64,000 nt of DNA, taken from positions 102,858,001-102,922,000 of the forward strand of contig NC_091476.1 of the NCBI RefSeq assembly GCF_036971445.1, in the 5' to 3' direction. The stretch is from Narcine bancroftii (taxonomy: Eukaryota). The notes under the pieces are model-generated. The model ran no database searches. It had not been told where the DNA came from and worked only from the letters and a program-made list of their open reading frames with translations. Position 1 is the first letter of the stretch. Every line of letters begins with the position of its first letter. The translations under genes were made by a program, and so were the position numbers. Shown in pieces: positions 1 to 14,439 of the stretch.

Positions 1-752
1 CCCTTCAGTGCACTACTTGGCACCCTCTCGCATCCGGTTCCAATACCTAGTACCCATTCAAGCCAGTCTCCAGCAGTCTACTACCTGGTGCTACTCCCTG
101 GACCACAGTCTCCAACACCCCATAGCCTGAATAGGTTCCTCTCCTCAAGTTATCAACAGCCCGCTGTTTGTGTGGGTCCTTCAGCCACAGAACCCCCAAC
201 GTTCACTGCCTTGGTCAATGTCCCATGGATCATCTCCTCTGCTTCTCCTTTCTTCTCCCCATTTTCTGGTGCCCTGGACCAGTCCTCCACTTCCCTGGAG
301 TCTGCAATCCCTTGTAGCTGCTGCTGATCCTAGGCACTGCCATCTTGGGTGCAGATCCTGTGGTTGCAGGATTTTAAATAACACCATCGTCAGGTCGTTT
401 AAAGCCTGAACGAAGTTGATGGCAGTCAGTCTGGGCGGTTGGACCCCATGGGAGTACTGTCTCTCCGCTCCCCATGGGTCCACACCAGCAGCACTCCCAT
501 TACAGCAGCTCTGACAGTGTCACCATTTTTCAAACTACGTCTCAATGATATATCTCCAAGATACCCACCCAGCTTATTTATAACATTCTCATTGCTCACT
601 CAAACTTTGGCAAAATCAGCACTGGAATGGATCCTGACACTTGCACCTGAATTAAGGATGCATAGCTTAAAAACAGATTAAAGAAATCACCACAGTCCTG
701 TAGTACTTCTTCAAAAGAATATTGCTCATGTGTAAGCCTTAACAGGAATTAC

Positions 753-3700
753 CAGCCAGGTATTTAACTGCAGAAGGTCATCAATCACATCCAGAGGTCT
801 TGATAAGCATGCGGTTATCTTTGTCAACAGAGATAACTAGTTGGTGTCTCCAACGTTTAATATTTCCCCTTCACAACAATGTCAATTTTATTACTTAAGA
901 TACTGCTCTAGTGCTATCCTTGAGTCTCTGCTTCCCCAGTAGGTTAGAAATTTTTACAGTGATCATAGTCTGAAGAGGGCACACAAAATTGTTGCGGATT
1001 CCTTCCACTCCTGTATCTCTTTCAGCTACTCCCGTCAGAAAATAGATACAGGAGTATCAGAGCTGGCACCACTAGGTTGAGAAACATCTTTTTCCCATGG
1101 GCAGCGAGAATGCTGAATGACAAAAGGAACTGCTTACACTAACCATCCTAGACTCTCATATTTACTAAACAATGTAGAATTATTTATTTCTATATAGGAG
1201 TTTGTCCTGCATAGGTATTGCTTGCCTGTATGACTGTATGTCTAGTTGAGTGTCTGCATGTTGTTTGCACTGAGGACCAGAGAATGCAGTTTCTTCAGGT
1301 TTTACTTGTGCAATCAGATGATAAAAAACTTGACATGACTTGAACATGACACAAGGGACAACAACCATCACCTGAAAAACTTACCTTTTCCACCTGCTGC
1401 TTATATACTTTAGTGGCACATTCACTTAATTGAAGCCGAAGAACATCTCTTATTTCCTCATCCAACACAACCGAAAGGATATTTTCCTCTAGTACCATCT
1501 CATTTACTGTTTCTTTCACCTGTGATGTTAATAAAAGGTTCAGTGACAAACATCTTTGAGTGCCCCGAGGCAGATATATAGAAGCATGAAATCTAGGCAA
1601 CCATTCTTCACCAGCAACACTACATAAACAGCAATATAATGAATGGGTATTTTCACAATTTCTGAAGCATTGGTTAAGAAAAAAATATTGTCTAAAATGG
1701 TCGTCTTCAAGCAGTCTCAGAGGATTTAATCAGAATTTATTCAAACATGAGCTGACATTCTTGGCCAATTTTTTTGTACCAGAACCATGGGATCATTGAG
1801 CAGTGAAATTATTTTGATTGGATGATGAGCCAAAAACTTTGAAATACCATGCCACTACCAGTAAAAAGAGCAAAAGAGTTCCAGATATTTTTTTGCTCTC
1901 AACCAACATTATTGTTTTTAGCAAGTTCTTGCTGTGCACCTATTGGCTCCATCATTTCCACTATGGCAGCAGTGACTACATTTCAGATTCTATATCTATT
2001 GGAGCTTAACATCCATTTTTAAAGTACCATGCATCATTTTCCTAGCCATGATTCAGTTGGTAGTACTTGTAAATTTGTGTCAGAAGTTTGTTGGGTTCAA
2101 GACCCACTCTAGATGTGAGGACAAAACTGAAGGTTGATGTTTCAGAGCTGAGAGAGTGCTGTACAGACAGAGGGGTTTTTTTTGGTTTAAGACGAGACAT
2201 TTAATTATGGAAATATTTAAAAAATCTCTAAGAGCAGCAGAAAAATCCCCAATGTTTATCCTTCGATTTATTATCACATTGTTGTTGGTGAGAGAATGCT
2301 GTGCACAAACTGGCTTTCAGGCTAAACTTTCTGCAGTCATGACAACAATTTAAGAATGTTTAATTGATTGTGATGTGCTTTGAAGTGCCCAAAATCAAAA
2401 TAGGGAACATTTTCTTGCTTTATTTATCAATTCCAATAAATGGAAAACATTTTATCCATCTATTATTTTGACAGCATTATAGGAAAAGAGCATTTTTTTA
2501 AAAATATTGCTTAGTCGATGTTCATTAAGAGGAAATTTAACAAATGTCAAACTTCAATTTTACAGAGAATACTTCTCAATCTAATAATATTCTTCAAGGA
2601 GACCTACAATTTGTGGCACCATTGGCTCAATCGTCTCCATTATTAATTCATTGACGGTGGCAGTGGTCAGGTGAATGTTAAACTCCTCAAAAACATTTCT
2701 GATCATTTCTCTCATGAGGTCACTAATTTCTTCCTCCAAGAGTGTTTCTGATACTGATACAGCTGGTTGTTGGCTGATTGCACTCAGTTGTGAGGTTTGT
2801 CTGAAAAATACAATTGGCATTTTTAGAAATTTTATCAGAAAATCATACCACATGATATTAACAGAAGATTAGCAATTGGAGAGGAAAAACGCTGTGCACG
2901 TTGGAAGTCAGGAAAAAAATTGCTGAAATAACTTTGCAGATCAAGCTGTATCAATGGGAAGAGGAACAAAATCAAAAAGTCAAGGAAACTTGATCAGAAT
3001 TGGAAAAGTAAGAACCATACTTTGCAAAAGGAAAGATGTATGGAGAAAACAGAAGAAATGTTTGTGATGGAATGCAGACCAACATTTAATGCTATCCCAC
3101 AGTTGTCCTTGAAAAATAACTCTTTCAACTGGTTTGAACATGACAGCCATTACTCTCGATTACAGCATGAGGAAACAAGTATTTGGGAATATTTGAGTGA
3201 TTGTTTAACAAATCACAAGAACGAATGTCCCTCTAAAAAGGCAAATCTGCACTAAAATATCAGGCTAGATAAAATGTCGTTACCTTTCAGCACGACCAAG
3301 GATTTATAATGAAATATATATGTTTACAATATATATTCACTGAATTTTGATTTTCCTGATTTTTTTGTTTTGTTTTCATTTCAGCATTTGCAGTTTTTTT
3401 TTGCCCTTCATCAAATAAACCTGATTACTAAGTGAGGATATCTAAAGTGTATTACACAGGTTTCTGATTTATGATTGCCCTAGTCATCCAAGAATCTTGT
3501 GGTTCTCGCAAGTCCTTCAGCCAATCTTCAAGCCTCAGGAAATGCTTTTCACTAAATGAACATTGGGATATTGCTGTAAGCAACTTCATGGTTTCCAGGA
3601 TAAGAAAATGGTTCTTCAACAGTGAAATTTTACATGATGTAAAACTCTAATTTTAACTAAGAGGTCTAGTTGTTATCTATTGTTATATATATATTTAGAA

Positions 3701-6700
3701 GGATGAGAGGGGATCTGATTAAAGCACATAAGATTATTAAGGGATTGGACAAGCTAGAGGCAGGAAACATGTTCCCCATGTTTACATATGACTGGGAGCT
3801 AAATATTCCTGAATTTAGTTGCTTTAGGTGTGATAGAACTAGGGGGGGCAAGAGGGGGTGGGGTTGCACAACTTATTAGAGAAAATATTACAGCGGTGCT
3901 TAGGTGCGATGGAATAGAAGGCTCGTCCAGGGAGGCTATTAGGGTGGAATTGAGGAATGGGAAGGAAGTTACAATTATAGGGGTGTATTATAGACCTCCA
4001 AATGGGGAATGCGAATTAGAGGAACAAATTAGTAGGGAGATAGCAGATATTTGTAATAAGCACTGGGTAGTGATTGAGGGTGATCTTAATTTTCCGAATA
4101 TTGATTGGGAAACACATTCCGTTAGAGTTTGTAAAATGTGTGCAGGATAGTTTTTTACATCAATACGTGGCGGTACCAACTAGAGAGGGAGCTGTGTTGG
4201 ATTTGCTGTTGGGGAATGAGATGAGTTAGGTGACAGAGGTATGTGTGGGGGAGCACTTCGGGTCCAGTGATTATAGTGCCATTAGCTTCTTCAAGGTAAT
4301 TATAGAAAAGGATAGGTCTGGGCCCAGATTTGAGTTTTTTGAGTGGGGAAAAGCTAGGTTTGAGGAGATGCGAAAGGATTTACAAGGGGTGGATTGGGAC
4401 AATTTGTTTTCTGGGAAGGATGTAATAGAGAAATGGTGGGTCTTTTAAAGGAGAGATTATAAGAGTACAAAATCTTTATAAACCTGTTAGGTTGAAAGGT
4501 CAGGTCAAAAGTTTGAGAGAGCCATGGTTCTCAAGGGATATTGGAAACTTGGTTCGAATAAAGAGGGAGTACTACAATAAATATAAGAAAAAGGGAAAAA
4601 AGGAGATGTTTGGGTTCTATATTGAATGTAAAGAATCTTAAGAAAGAAATTAGAAAAGCTAAAACATCAGAGGTGGCTATAGCAAGCAGCGTGAAAATAA
4701 ATCCAGAGGGTTTCTACAAATATGTAAATAGCAAAAGGAAAGTGAGAGATAAAATTGGTCTAACAGAGAATCAGAAAGGACAAATGTGTGTGGAGCCAAA
4801 AGAGATGGGGGAGGTCTTGAACAATTTCTTTTCCTCAGTATTTACTGAGGAGAAGGATATTGAACTATGCAAGGTAAAGGAAGCAAAGGGGATATATATG
4901 GAGACTATACTGATTAAGAAAGAGGTAGTACTGGAGCTTTTGAAACATATAAAGGTGGATAAGTCTCCAGGTCCTGACAGGATTTTCCCCAGGACCTTGA
5001 GAGTAGTGAGGAAATAGTGGAGGCTCTGACAGTGATTTTTCAAATGTTATTAGAGATGGGTATAGTGCCAGAGGATTGGCGTGTTGCGCATGTGGTTCCT
5101 TTGTTTAAAAAGGGTTCAAGGACCAAGCCTAGCAATTATCGGCCTGTAAGTTTGACGTCTGTGGTAGGTAAATTGATAGAAAGTGTTCTTAGAGATAGTA
5201 TATATAAGTAAATGGAGGGACAGGGTCTGATCAGGGACACTCAACACAGATTTGTGCGTGGAAGGTTGTGTTTGACCAATCTTGTTGAATTTTTTGATGA
5301 GGTGATTAGGAATGTTGATGATGGTAGAGCAGTGGATGTTGTCTATATGGACTTCAGTAAGGCCTTCGATAAGGTTCCACATGGGAGGTTAGTTAGGAAG
5401 GCTAATTCCTTTGGTATTAATTCGGAGATAGTCCAATGGATTCAACAGTGGCTGGAAGGAAGGTGCCAGAGAATAGTAGTAGATAATTGTTTGTCAGGAT
5501 GGAGGCCGGTGACAAGCGGTGTACTCAGGGTTCGGTATTGGGACCGTTGCTGTTTGTCATATATATTAATGATCTGGAGGATGGGGCGGTAGTAAATATG
5601 CAGATGATACTAAAATACGGGGAATTGTGGATGATGAAGAGGGTTTTCAAAGATTGCAGAAGGATTTAAACTGCTTAGAGGAGCGGGCAGAAAGATGGCA
5701 GATGGAGTTTAATGCTGATAAGTATGAGGTGCTTCATTTTGGAAAGAATAATCAAAGCAAGACTTATGTGGTAAATGGGACGGCATTGAAGAATGCAGTG
5801 GAGCAGGAAGATCTAGGAATAGCGGTGCATTGTTCCCTGAAGGTAGGGGCGCATGTGGATAGGGTGGTGAAGAAGGCCTTTAGTATGCTTGTCTATATAA
5901 ATCAGTGCATAGAATATAGGAGTTGGGAAGAAATGATGAAACTGTTCAAGGCATTGGTGAGGCCAAATTTAGAGTATTGTGTACAGTTCTGGTCACTGAT
6001 TTATAGGAAGGATATTAACAAGATAGAGAGAGTGCAGAGAAGATTTACAAAAATGTTGCCTGGGTTTCAGCATCTGGAATACAAGGAAAGATTGAGCAAA
6101 TTAGGTCTTTATTCCTTGGAACGTTGAAGGCTGAGAGGGGATTTGATAGAGGTGTTTAAGATAATGAGAGGGATAGATAGAGTTGATGTGGAAAGACTTT
6201 TCCCATTGAGAGTAGGAGAGATGGATACAAGAGGTCATGGGTTGAGAGTTGACGGGCAAAGGTTTAGGAGTGACATGAGGGGGGAACTTCTTTACTCAGT
6301 GTTTGGTTACTTTGTGGAATGGGCTTCCAGGAAAGGTGATGGAGGCAGGGTCAATTTTGTCATTTAAGAAAGAGTTGGGTAAGAACATGGATGGGAGGGA
6401 GATGGAGGGATATGGGCAGAGTGCTGGTAAATGGGCTTAGAGGAGGGTACTTGGATCAGTGCGGACTAGAAGGGCCAAATTGGCCCGTTTCCGTGCTGTA
6501 ATTGTTATATGGTTATATGATATGGGAGAAGGCAGGAGCGGGGTACTCATTGTGGATGATCAGCCATAATCACAGTGAATGGCGGTGCTGGCTTGAAGAG
6601 CTGAATGGTCTACTCCTGCACCTATTGTCTTATTGCATATCATCCTTTTATAATACAATATAATTTTAATAATGATAGATCCACAATTATTTAAAGTGGA

Positions 6701-9700
6701 TTTTTATTTCCTCTACCTGTCATTGTGCAGTGGAGGAATCACTTCCCAGTGCCCCCGTCGAAGATCAGCAAACGATTGATTAGGAATTGCATTGGATGTC
6801 ACCAACAACCTAGAATAGTGAATGTGCACAAAGGAGAAAATAATTACCAAGCTAATTATGGTAAAATTAAAAACAATATCAACTCATCTCAAATAAAAAT
6901 AACAATGTAAATTTTTGCAATGCAATTTAGCCTGTATATTCCTCCATGACTCTTTTATTGAACAGGAAAACATAAGGAAAACATTAAGCTACTCTGCACT
7001 ATTCAGTGGAAATGGTAATTGGGATACCTTCTATTCCACAAAGAATCCTTGAATTATGTTAATAGCATTGTAATGAGATGGAAGTAATGAGTTTGAAGTC
7101 TATTTCAACTTTCAGGTGAACTGTGTTTTGCTGGGGCCTTATTCAATAACTCATGCTGAAATCAATTTTTTTTTTGTCATGATCTCAGAACTATTCCTAA
7201 ATCAGTCATGGCAACTGCCCACTAACCTACCCCCCAACTACTATATCCTTTATCTACCCATGAACAATAAACTCTTAAAACAAACTGCTGTAGGAACTCA
7301 GCAGATCAAGCAGCATCTATAGAGGTAAAGGATGGTTGTCATTTTGGGCTGAGACCCATATGCCACTCATGCCACCACAGATGCTAGTCAATCTGTCAAG
7401 TTTCTCCACCAATCTGGTTTTTTTTTGTCCCCGATTCTAGCATTTGCAATTTCATGCATCTCCAATATAAACTAGTTTGAGGGACAGTACTGAATAGTTC
7501 TATTTCAAAGAATGATTAAAAGAATCATATCCAGAATTTAAATTTTCTTGCCATTTCTGAATCTAAAGAATTTTAAATTCAAACTCACTAGCAGCTTCAA
7601 TTTCAACTACCCAAAAACAGAATCATGATTAGAGTACATTTATTTGGTTTTAGCAAGATTATGAGGTGAGCTTTTTAAATTGACAAATTGATTTGACAGA
7701 ATAGAGAGAAATTGTTTCACTCCAGATCAAAAGTTGAAATAAAGAAACACATATTCTACACAAAGCTGCGAAAACATGGACTTATGAACACTCCCTCAAA
7801 AAGCTGTGTGTTTAGAATCACTTGAAATTTTCAGTTAAGAGTGCATGGATTTTGTGTAAAATTCAGATTTATTGTCAAAGTACACATACAACCCTGAGAC
7901 TATTTTTCCTGCAGCTGAGGTATAATTACCACTGATTGGTAGTGCAAAATACTGTATTTAAGATATGTATACAGGTAGACAGATAAAGAAATCTAAACAA
8001 ACTGTGCAATACAGAGAGAAAGACCATCAATAAAGTGCAAAAGGAAGAATCCTTAAATGAGCCTCTGAATGAGTTTTTTGTTGAATCTGATGGTGGAAGG
8101 GTAGCAGCTGTTTCTGAACCTGGTGGTGCATACTTTGTGGTACCTAATCCATTTTCCTGATGGCAGCAGTGAGGACAGAGTGTGCGTTATGTGGATCCTT
8201 GGTAATTGCTGCTGCTCTCTGATGGCAGCATTCCCTGTAGATGTTCTCGACGGTGGGGAGGGTTTTGCCTGTGATGTCTTACGCTGCATCCACTACCTTT
8301 TAGCATGGCTTTCCACTCAGGGGTATTGGTCTACCCATACCAGACAGTGATGCATCCAGTCAGCAACCTTTCCACCGCACATGTGGAGATATTTGCTTGG
8401 TTTTCAATGTCATACCAAACCTCCGCAAACTCCTGAGGAAGTAGACGCGCTGATATGCTTTCTTCATGATGATCTCAGTGTGTTGGGTCCAGGAAAGATC
8501 CTGTGAGATATTGACTCCCAGGAACTTACAATTTGCTCACCCTCTCCATCTCTGATTTCTCAGTGATCACTGGATCATACACCTTTGGTTTTCCCTTCCT
8601 GGTCAATAATCACCTTCTTTTAGTTTTGGTGACATTGAGTGTGAGGTGGTTGTTGGTGCACCATTCAGCTAAGTTTTTAATTTCCCTCCTGTATGCTGAC
8701 TCTCCGTCGCTTTTTATACAGGCCAATATCCCGCAGTATCATCAGTAAATTTGTAAATTGTGTTGTGGAACATTGTGAGCCACATAGTCATAGGTGTATA
8801 GTGAATAGAGCAGGGGGCTGCATACCTGATGGAGATTGTAGAGGAGAGGTTCTTACCAGTCCTCACTGATTATGCTCTGATGGTGAGGAAATTCAGGATC
8901 CAATTGCACAGTGGGGTATTGAGACCAAGGTCCTGGAGTTCTCTGATGAATTTTGAGGGGATGATAGTGTTAAATGCCAAACTGTAGATGATAAAGAGCA
9001 TCCTGATTAATGTATCCTTGATGTTGCAGGGCCATGTGTCAAGCAGTGAGATGGCATCCAGTGTAGACCTGTTGCTATGCTAGGCAAAGTTGAACATATT
9101 AAAAACCACACCAAAATGCTGGAGAAACTCAGCCAGTCTTTTCAGTGTCCATAAAAAGCAACTCTATATTGCAGGTCTGAGCCCTTCATCAAGGAATAAG
9201 CAGAATGAGTCAGAAGTAGGAAATCTCAGGAGGGAGGAATCTCAGGAAATCTCAGGGGGAAGAATCCAGACCAACAAATAGTGTTAATTGGGCATGATAA
9301 GGGACGAGGCAAGAATTTATCATGTTTGTGCGAAAGGAGACAGGGAAAAGGAAGAGAGACAAAGCTGGGGGAAGAAGTGAGGGAGGTGGTTTAACAAAAG
9401 CCAAAGTGGTCGATATTAATGCCATCTGATTGGAGGGTGCACAGTCAGAAGATGAGGTGTTGCTCCTCCATTTTGCAGGTGGTCTCAGTCTGGCAGTACA
9501 TGACACTATGGACAGATGTGTTAGCAAGGGAATGAGATGGGGAACTGAAATGGGTGGCCACTGATAGATCAACGGTATTGCGGCGGATCTAATGATCTGG
9601 TATGGAAGATCTCATCCTAGGAGCAGATGCGATCTCAGAAGACAAACTCTCAGCAGACATCTTATACAAACACACCAACTCCCACAAATTCCTTGACTGC

Positions 9701-12700
9701 ACCTCTTCCCACCCTGCCCCCTGTAAGGATTCCATTCCATTCTCTTACCTCACCCCTTATCATATCCAATTATCACCTTGTGTTGGTCTGAATTACTCCC
9801 CTGGCCGCCATTGTCCGAATTTTGAGATTTTCTGCTTCTGGCTCATTCTTCTTATTCCTTGAAGAAGGGCTCAGGCCTGAAACATCAGCAATATATATTT
9901 GCTTTTTATGGATGCTGAAAAGACCAGCTGAGTTACTCCAGATTTTCAGTGTTTGTTTTTTACTGCAGACTTTCATGTTTCATTCAAATTGGAACGTATC
10001 CATGTTGTTACTCAGACAGGAGCTGATATGCTTCAACATTAGCCTTTCAAAACACCATCACTGTGGATGTGAGAGCCACTGGTCGATAAGGCAAGTTACT
10101 ACACTTTTCTTGGCCTGTTTGAAACACAGTACTACGCCCAGCCGGAGGGAGATGTTGATGATATCTGTGAATTAATTGGCAAATTAGTCAACACAGGTTC
10201 TTAATACTTGGCCGTGTACTGCTTTCCTCAGATTCACTCTCCTGAAGACAGTCTGCATGCCATCCTCAGATACGGACAGGAGATCATCAGGGGACAAGGG
10301 GGTGCGCAGTAGTGGTACTTCCTTATTTTTGAGGTCAAATCAAGTGTTCATCTGGGAGTGAAGCTTTGCTGTCTCCTACTGCAAAGTAGCAATTTATGTC
10401 ATTTACACCTTGCCACAGCTGTCATGTATTCTTCCTTGCTTCCATTTTTACAGAATGAACAAGGGACATTCAGCCAATATGTATGAAAGGATCTGAGGTA
10501 CATATCAGTAATTATCTACATGATTGGAAAAACATGATCAAGAATCTTTGAAATAAGCATACCTGGGCAAGCTGGATGGGGAGTACACCTTCTGCCTGTA
10601 ATGATGACTCTTTGAATGGGCACGTTGATGAACATCACTATCCACAGGGTTATCCCATCCTGTCCAAGTAACAAGGCCAAGCTGTCGTCGAATGTGATTA
10701 AAACTACAAAGGAATATAGAGTGCCATTAGGGACTGATAGAGTAATAAAGTAAACCACCAGGTTCAGGTACAGCTCCTACCCCTCCACCATCACATTCCT
10801 CAACAACAACTCATTTAAGGACTCTTAATTGTGCACTTTATTGATTTTTAAAATTCTCTCTATATTGCAGTCAGTTTCTTTACATTTGTTATATGTTTAC
10901 AGTTCTTTATTTACTTACATGTATTCACTGAGTACAGTTTATTTTTTGCAGTACCATTAAGTCAAAATTCTGCCTCGCCAGCAGAAAAAAGAATCTCAGG
11001 GAAGTATGTGATGTCATGTATGTACTCTGACAATAAATCTGAAATCTAAATGGTTAGAGCTTGGAAAAAGACAACTTAGCCTTTTGAGCCTGTAACAATT
11101 GTATGTAAGAGCAATCCAGCTAGTCCACTCTCCTGTTTTCTCCCCACCCAGCAAATTCTCTATGTGAATGTTTATTTAGCTACAATTGAATTAGGTTCCA
11201 TTATCACCCATAGCAGTACATTCCAAATCTTAACCAGTGAACAAATAAATGTTTCCTCTTGTTACCTTGGGTTCTTTTGCTGATCACTTTATTCAATGTC
11301 TAGCAGTTTTTGACTCCTCCATCAATGTGAACTCTTTCTTTCTAACTTCTCTGTTTATGCTTTCTTGATTCTTCATACCTTTGTCGGCATACCTCACAAT
11401 CTTTGTTTCAAGAGAAAAATCCAGGTTTCTCCAATCTATTCACATTTTTGAAGTCACTCATTTCTGGAATAATTGTAGTTTCTCTCTTCTGCACATCTTG
11501 AAACCTTTTGGACACAATATTCCACAGTGACCGAGCCAATGTTTAATACCCATTGTGGGACCTTGCTGTGCACATATTAGCTGTTGTGTCCACACAATAC
11601 AAAACAGAATAAATTTTAAAAAGTTGGCTGTAAAGTATCTTGGGAGATTTTGAGGTTGTGAGAGATTAGGATTTGGAATGTATAAATTGATAAAATGGTG
11701 GGTATTCTAAAGATAAGTAGGCAATATAAGAAGAAAAATGGTATCGCTATGTGGAAAGAAAATCTAACAAGAAAAGAGTTACTTTTTTAAAGAGTAGGCA
11801 TAGCCTTAAATAAGTCTGATGACTTCCTGTACGGTACAGCACAAAAAAAGTCCTTTCAATGAATCTCTGCAGCGTTAATTTACGTGACAGAAAATATAAT
11901 GATAAAGGATAGTGAATTCTAAAGACTAAAGGAAAAACACATTTTGAAGTGAGCCATAACTAGCAGCGGGCAGTAGAGGGTTCAGCTTGAACTAAATGCC
12001 TGCCCCTCTTCTGAAAACCAAAGTGCTCACTGGCATTTTTGAGGGTCTCTGGAAATGGTTGGCTCCCCAAGGGTTTGACAGTATCAACAGAGATTTGTCT
12101 TTTGTGTGAATTTGTCATTTGTAATATGTTTTGTAAGAATAGCCTGAATTGTAGACTAATGTAGTACGTGTAACTTTTGAATGATGAATAAAGGAGCAGT
12201 ACTGATTTACCACCAAAAATGCAAAAACAAAATGAGCCATACCTTATCATTCCTTCCAAGAAGATTACTAACACAACTTTAATCAATTAATTATAAAATA
12301 GATTCCTCTTGAACATTATGTGAGAGAGATGACTCAGACTGAATTAACAGCAAGTTGTACCAAGTAAACAAAGAATTTTTTCAAAATGATATGAAGATCT
12401 ATTTGTAAACATTTTCTTTTATTTTTAATCAGGCATTCATATTGTTTTGGAGATGAAAAAATAATATTGTTATGAAATTTACCAAGTTCCCTTCTGCAGA
12501 AATCAGTCAGTTGCTTTGCAACAACAATCAAGTGTTGGGAAAAGAATTCCAAAAAGGACAAACTATCAGGTGGTCAAGTTAAAGGCCATGAACAACACAA
12601 GCACCAAAAGAGGTGGCGGGTTGGGCCCAAAATATAAATGTGCTTGCAACACTAAAAGCAATAAAATGAAAAGATCACAAAGAGATGTAATTTTTAAAAA

Positions 12701-13293
12701 GTTATTTTTGTATTAAGTGCAGAGATGATGAAAATCAGAGCCAGAGAACAATGTATTCTCATCTTTCATCTTGCCTTAGGGTCAAAAATCTTGACTACAT
12801 CTGCAATGCCACTGACAAGCAAGGTTATGATGCTTCAATATCCCATCAAAATGCCTTTAAATATTTCACTAATTACAAAAGATTTTCAATTTGTGGGATG
12901 ATGGCCTTGCAATCTTTCCATCACAGCTTGGTTCCAGTCAAATCCTGATGAAACACAACAGATATACTGTAGCATAACGTAATACAATAAAGTTATTCTT
13001 TCATTGTTAATCAGCTTGCATTTCATATCGAGTTGATCCTGGCTGCCTCAGTGCCTCCTTGGTCACCTGACCTCTCTTGCTCCAATCAGCTTCTGGCTCT
13101 ATGAGCTAAGCAGTTTTGAGTTCTCATTTTTAGATAGTAACTATACAATTAGATTGAATAAAGCAGCCACCGAGTTTTTCCATCCTTACAACATATAGTA
13201 TTTGTAATTTTAGCAACGAAACATACAATACGACTCTTCTCATTACCTGTTCTGCAAGTCACCCCATGTTTTCTCAGTTTTATAAGTTGCCAT
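753..13293 (-). CDS. Second copy of the uncharacterised gene (5' exons; the 3' end would lie left of the window)
   Basis: Same exons shifted by 30,593 bp: 13293-13247, 10703-10563, 6809-6717, 2800-2608, 1519-1385, tentative 818-753. Confidence 0.62.
3781..6520 (+). mobile_element. CR1-clade LINE; degenerate ORF2 (APE endonuclease + RT) with GTTATATG-type tail
   Basis: [71 protein letters not shown]; frameshifts and stops. Confidence 0.93.
7861..10430 (-). mobile_element. Degenerate Rex1/Babar-like LINE interrupted by a Penelope fragment
   Basis: Minus-strand C-terminal motif '[23 protein letters not shown]'; homology resumes after ~9985. Confidence 0.6.
9095..9960. mobile_element. Penelope-like element fragments in inverted arrangement
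   Basis: Plus strand [34 protein letters not shown] (RT thumb); minus strand [16 protein letters not shown] (GIY-YIG C-terminus); inverted terminal segments ~9100-9280 and ~9780-9955. Confidence 0.75.
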
Positions 13294-13862
13294 GAGTCAA
13301 GATTTCAGAGTTGAAACAAAATCAGATGAACTGAATGAAGGACAGTAGACAGCATGGAGTGCACTTGCTAAAACCATCATTTTGGGCGGGACCCCACCGT
13401 TTGACTGATCTTCATTTGTGATGTGGCACTTTCTTGAAACAAAGCACACTCTGTCAAGCGATTGATTAAGGTTTAGCGGTTCCAGGATCCTATCCTTGCT
13501 GCAATGTTCATCTTGCGCAATAAACTTCAAAGCAAGATGATATGATCAGTTTAAACCCACACCAATCAGCAAAGCACCGTTAATATGGTCAAACATCCTT
13601 AGTCGCTTCACGGTCATGCAATCGGATGGACCGTGGTCTTCAACGCACCTCGCTCCAATTCCTGCCCTTCGGCCCAAAGCGACTGCCTCGCTCAGTAAAA
13701 GGCCGTGGCCGCTCTGTCCAATGCAACAGCGTTGAGAAGAACTGTTAAATAATCAATATATTCATTGTCGAGGTGCGTCCGCTGGCAACGGGAATCTATC
13801 TCTCCTCTTTCTCTTTGGTTTCACCGAAAGCCCTTCCGCCCCGTTCCCTCGGGCGGCCTCCC

Positions 13863-13905
13863 GTTACCATGGCGACGCCCTCTCTTCCCCCGGTTTCCCG
13901 GCAAC
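13863..13905. promoter_or_regulatory. Duplicated RFX X-box pair, 44 bp inside the duplication breakpoint
   Basis: Identical to 44456-44498. Confidence 0.55.
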
Positions 13906-14439
13906 CCTCCACGGTCCGAGTTCCCGTCTCTTTTCCTTCTGATGCTATTCATTAAATGAAAACAGAATTTTAATTTTCATTAAAGTTGCATCTGAAGTAA
14001 GGCAGTTGGAAGAGAAATCTTCATTGATAAGTAACTGTAGATTTGTTGTACTCTACTAACCAAGGAGATTGCATGAAGAGGGAAGCTCCCACTTCACACT
14101 TAACTTCAAATACACCCAAGAAGTTACATAATGGGTGACCAATTTAGAGTAAAACTCCCTATTATGTTTCCAACAAATATACCAAGACCATATATCACAG
14201 ATGGAATTATGCAGTTCCATATATAATGTAATAATATATACTTTTTTTTTAATAGACAGTTGATGACCAACGTGTTTGAATATTTAAACCAAAAAAAGCA
14301 AGAACTATCTACAAAACTGAAGGAGATTTATTCAAATGATGAAGAATAAAAGTGTGAATTTCGTTATTTGTATTAGATGAGATTTACAATATTATCAAGA
14401 AATAAAAAATAATCTGAAAATTCCATGGCTTTTATGTTT

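Larger units (their letters stand above)
1..13949 (+). repeat. Direct segmental/tandem duplication, left copy (partial; continues past the window edge)
   Basis: Sequence and ORF track repeat at constant offset 30,593; identity ends at ...GATGCTATT (13949/44542). Substitutions noticed: 173T/30766C and 6384A/36977T. Confidence 0.97.

Noticed and set aside
441-481. Hairpin GGACCCCATGGGAG...CTCCCCATGGGTCC
   Set aside because: Short, lies within a degenerate repeat, and has no RNA-family features.
3460-3620. Open minus-strand stretch ([12 protein letters not shown]...[12 protein letters not shown]) as an extra exon
   Set aside because: No convincing phase-compatible splice sites, and the gene model is in frame without it.
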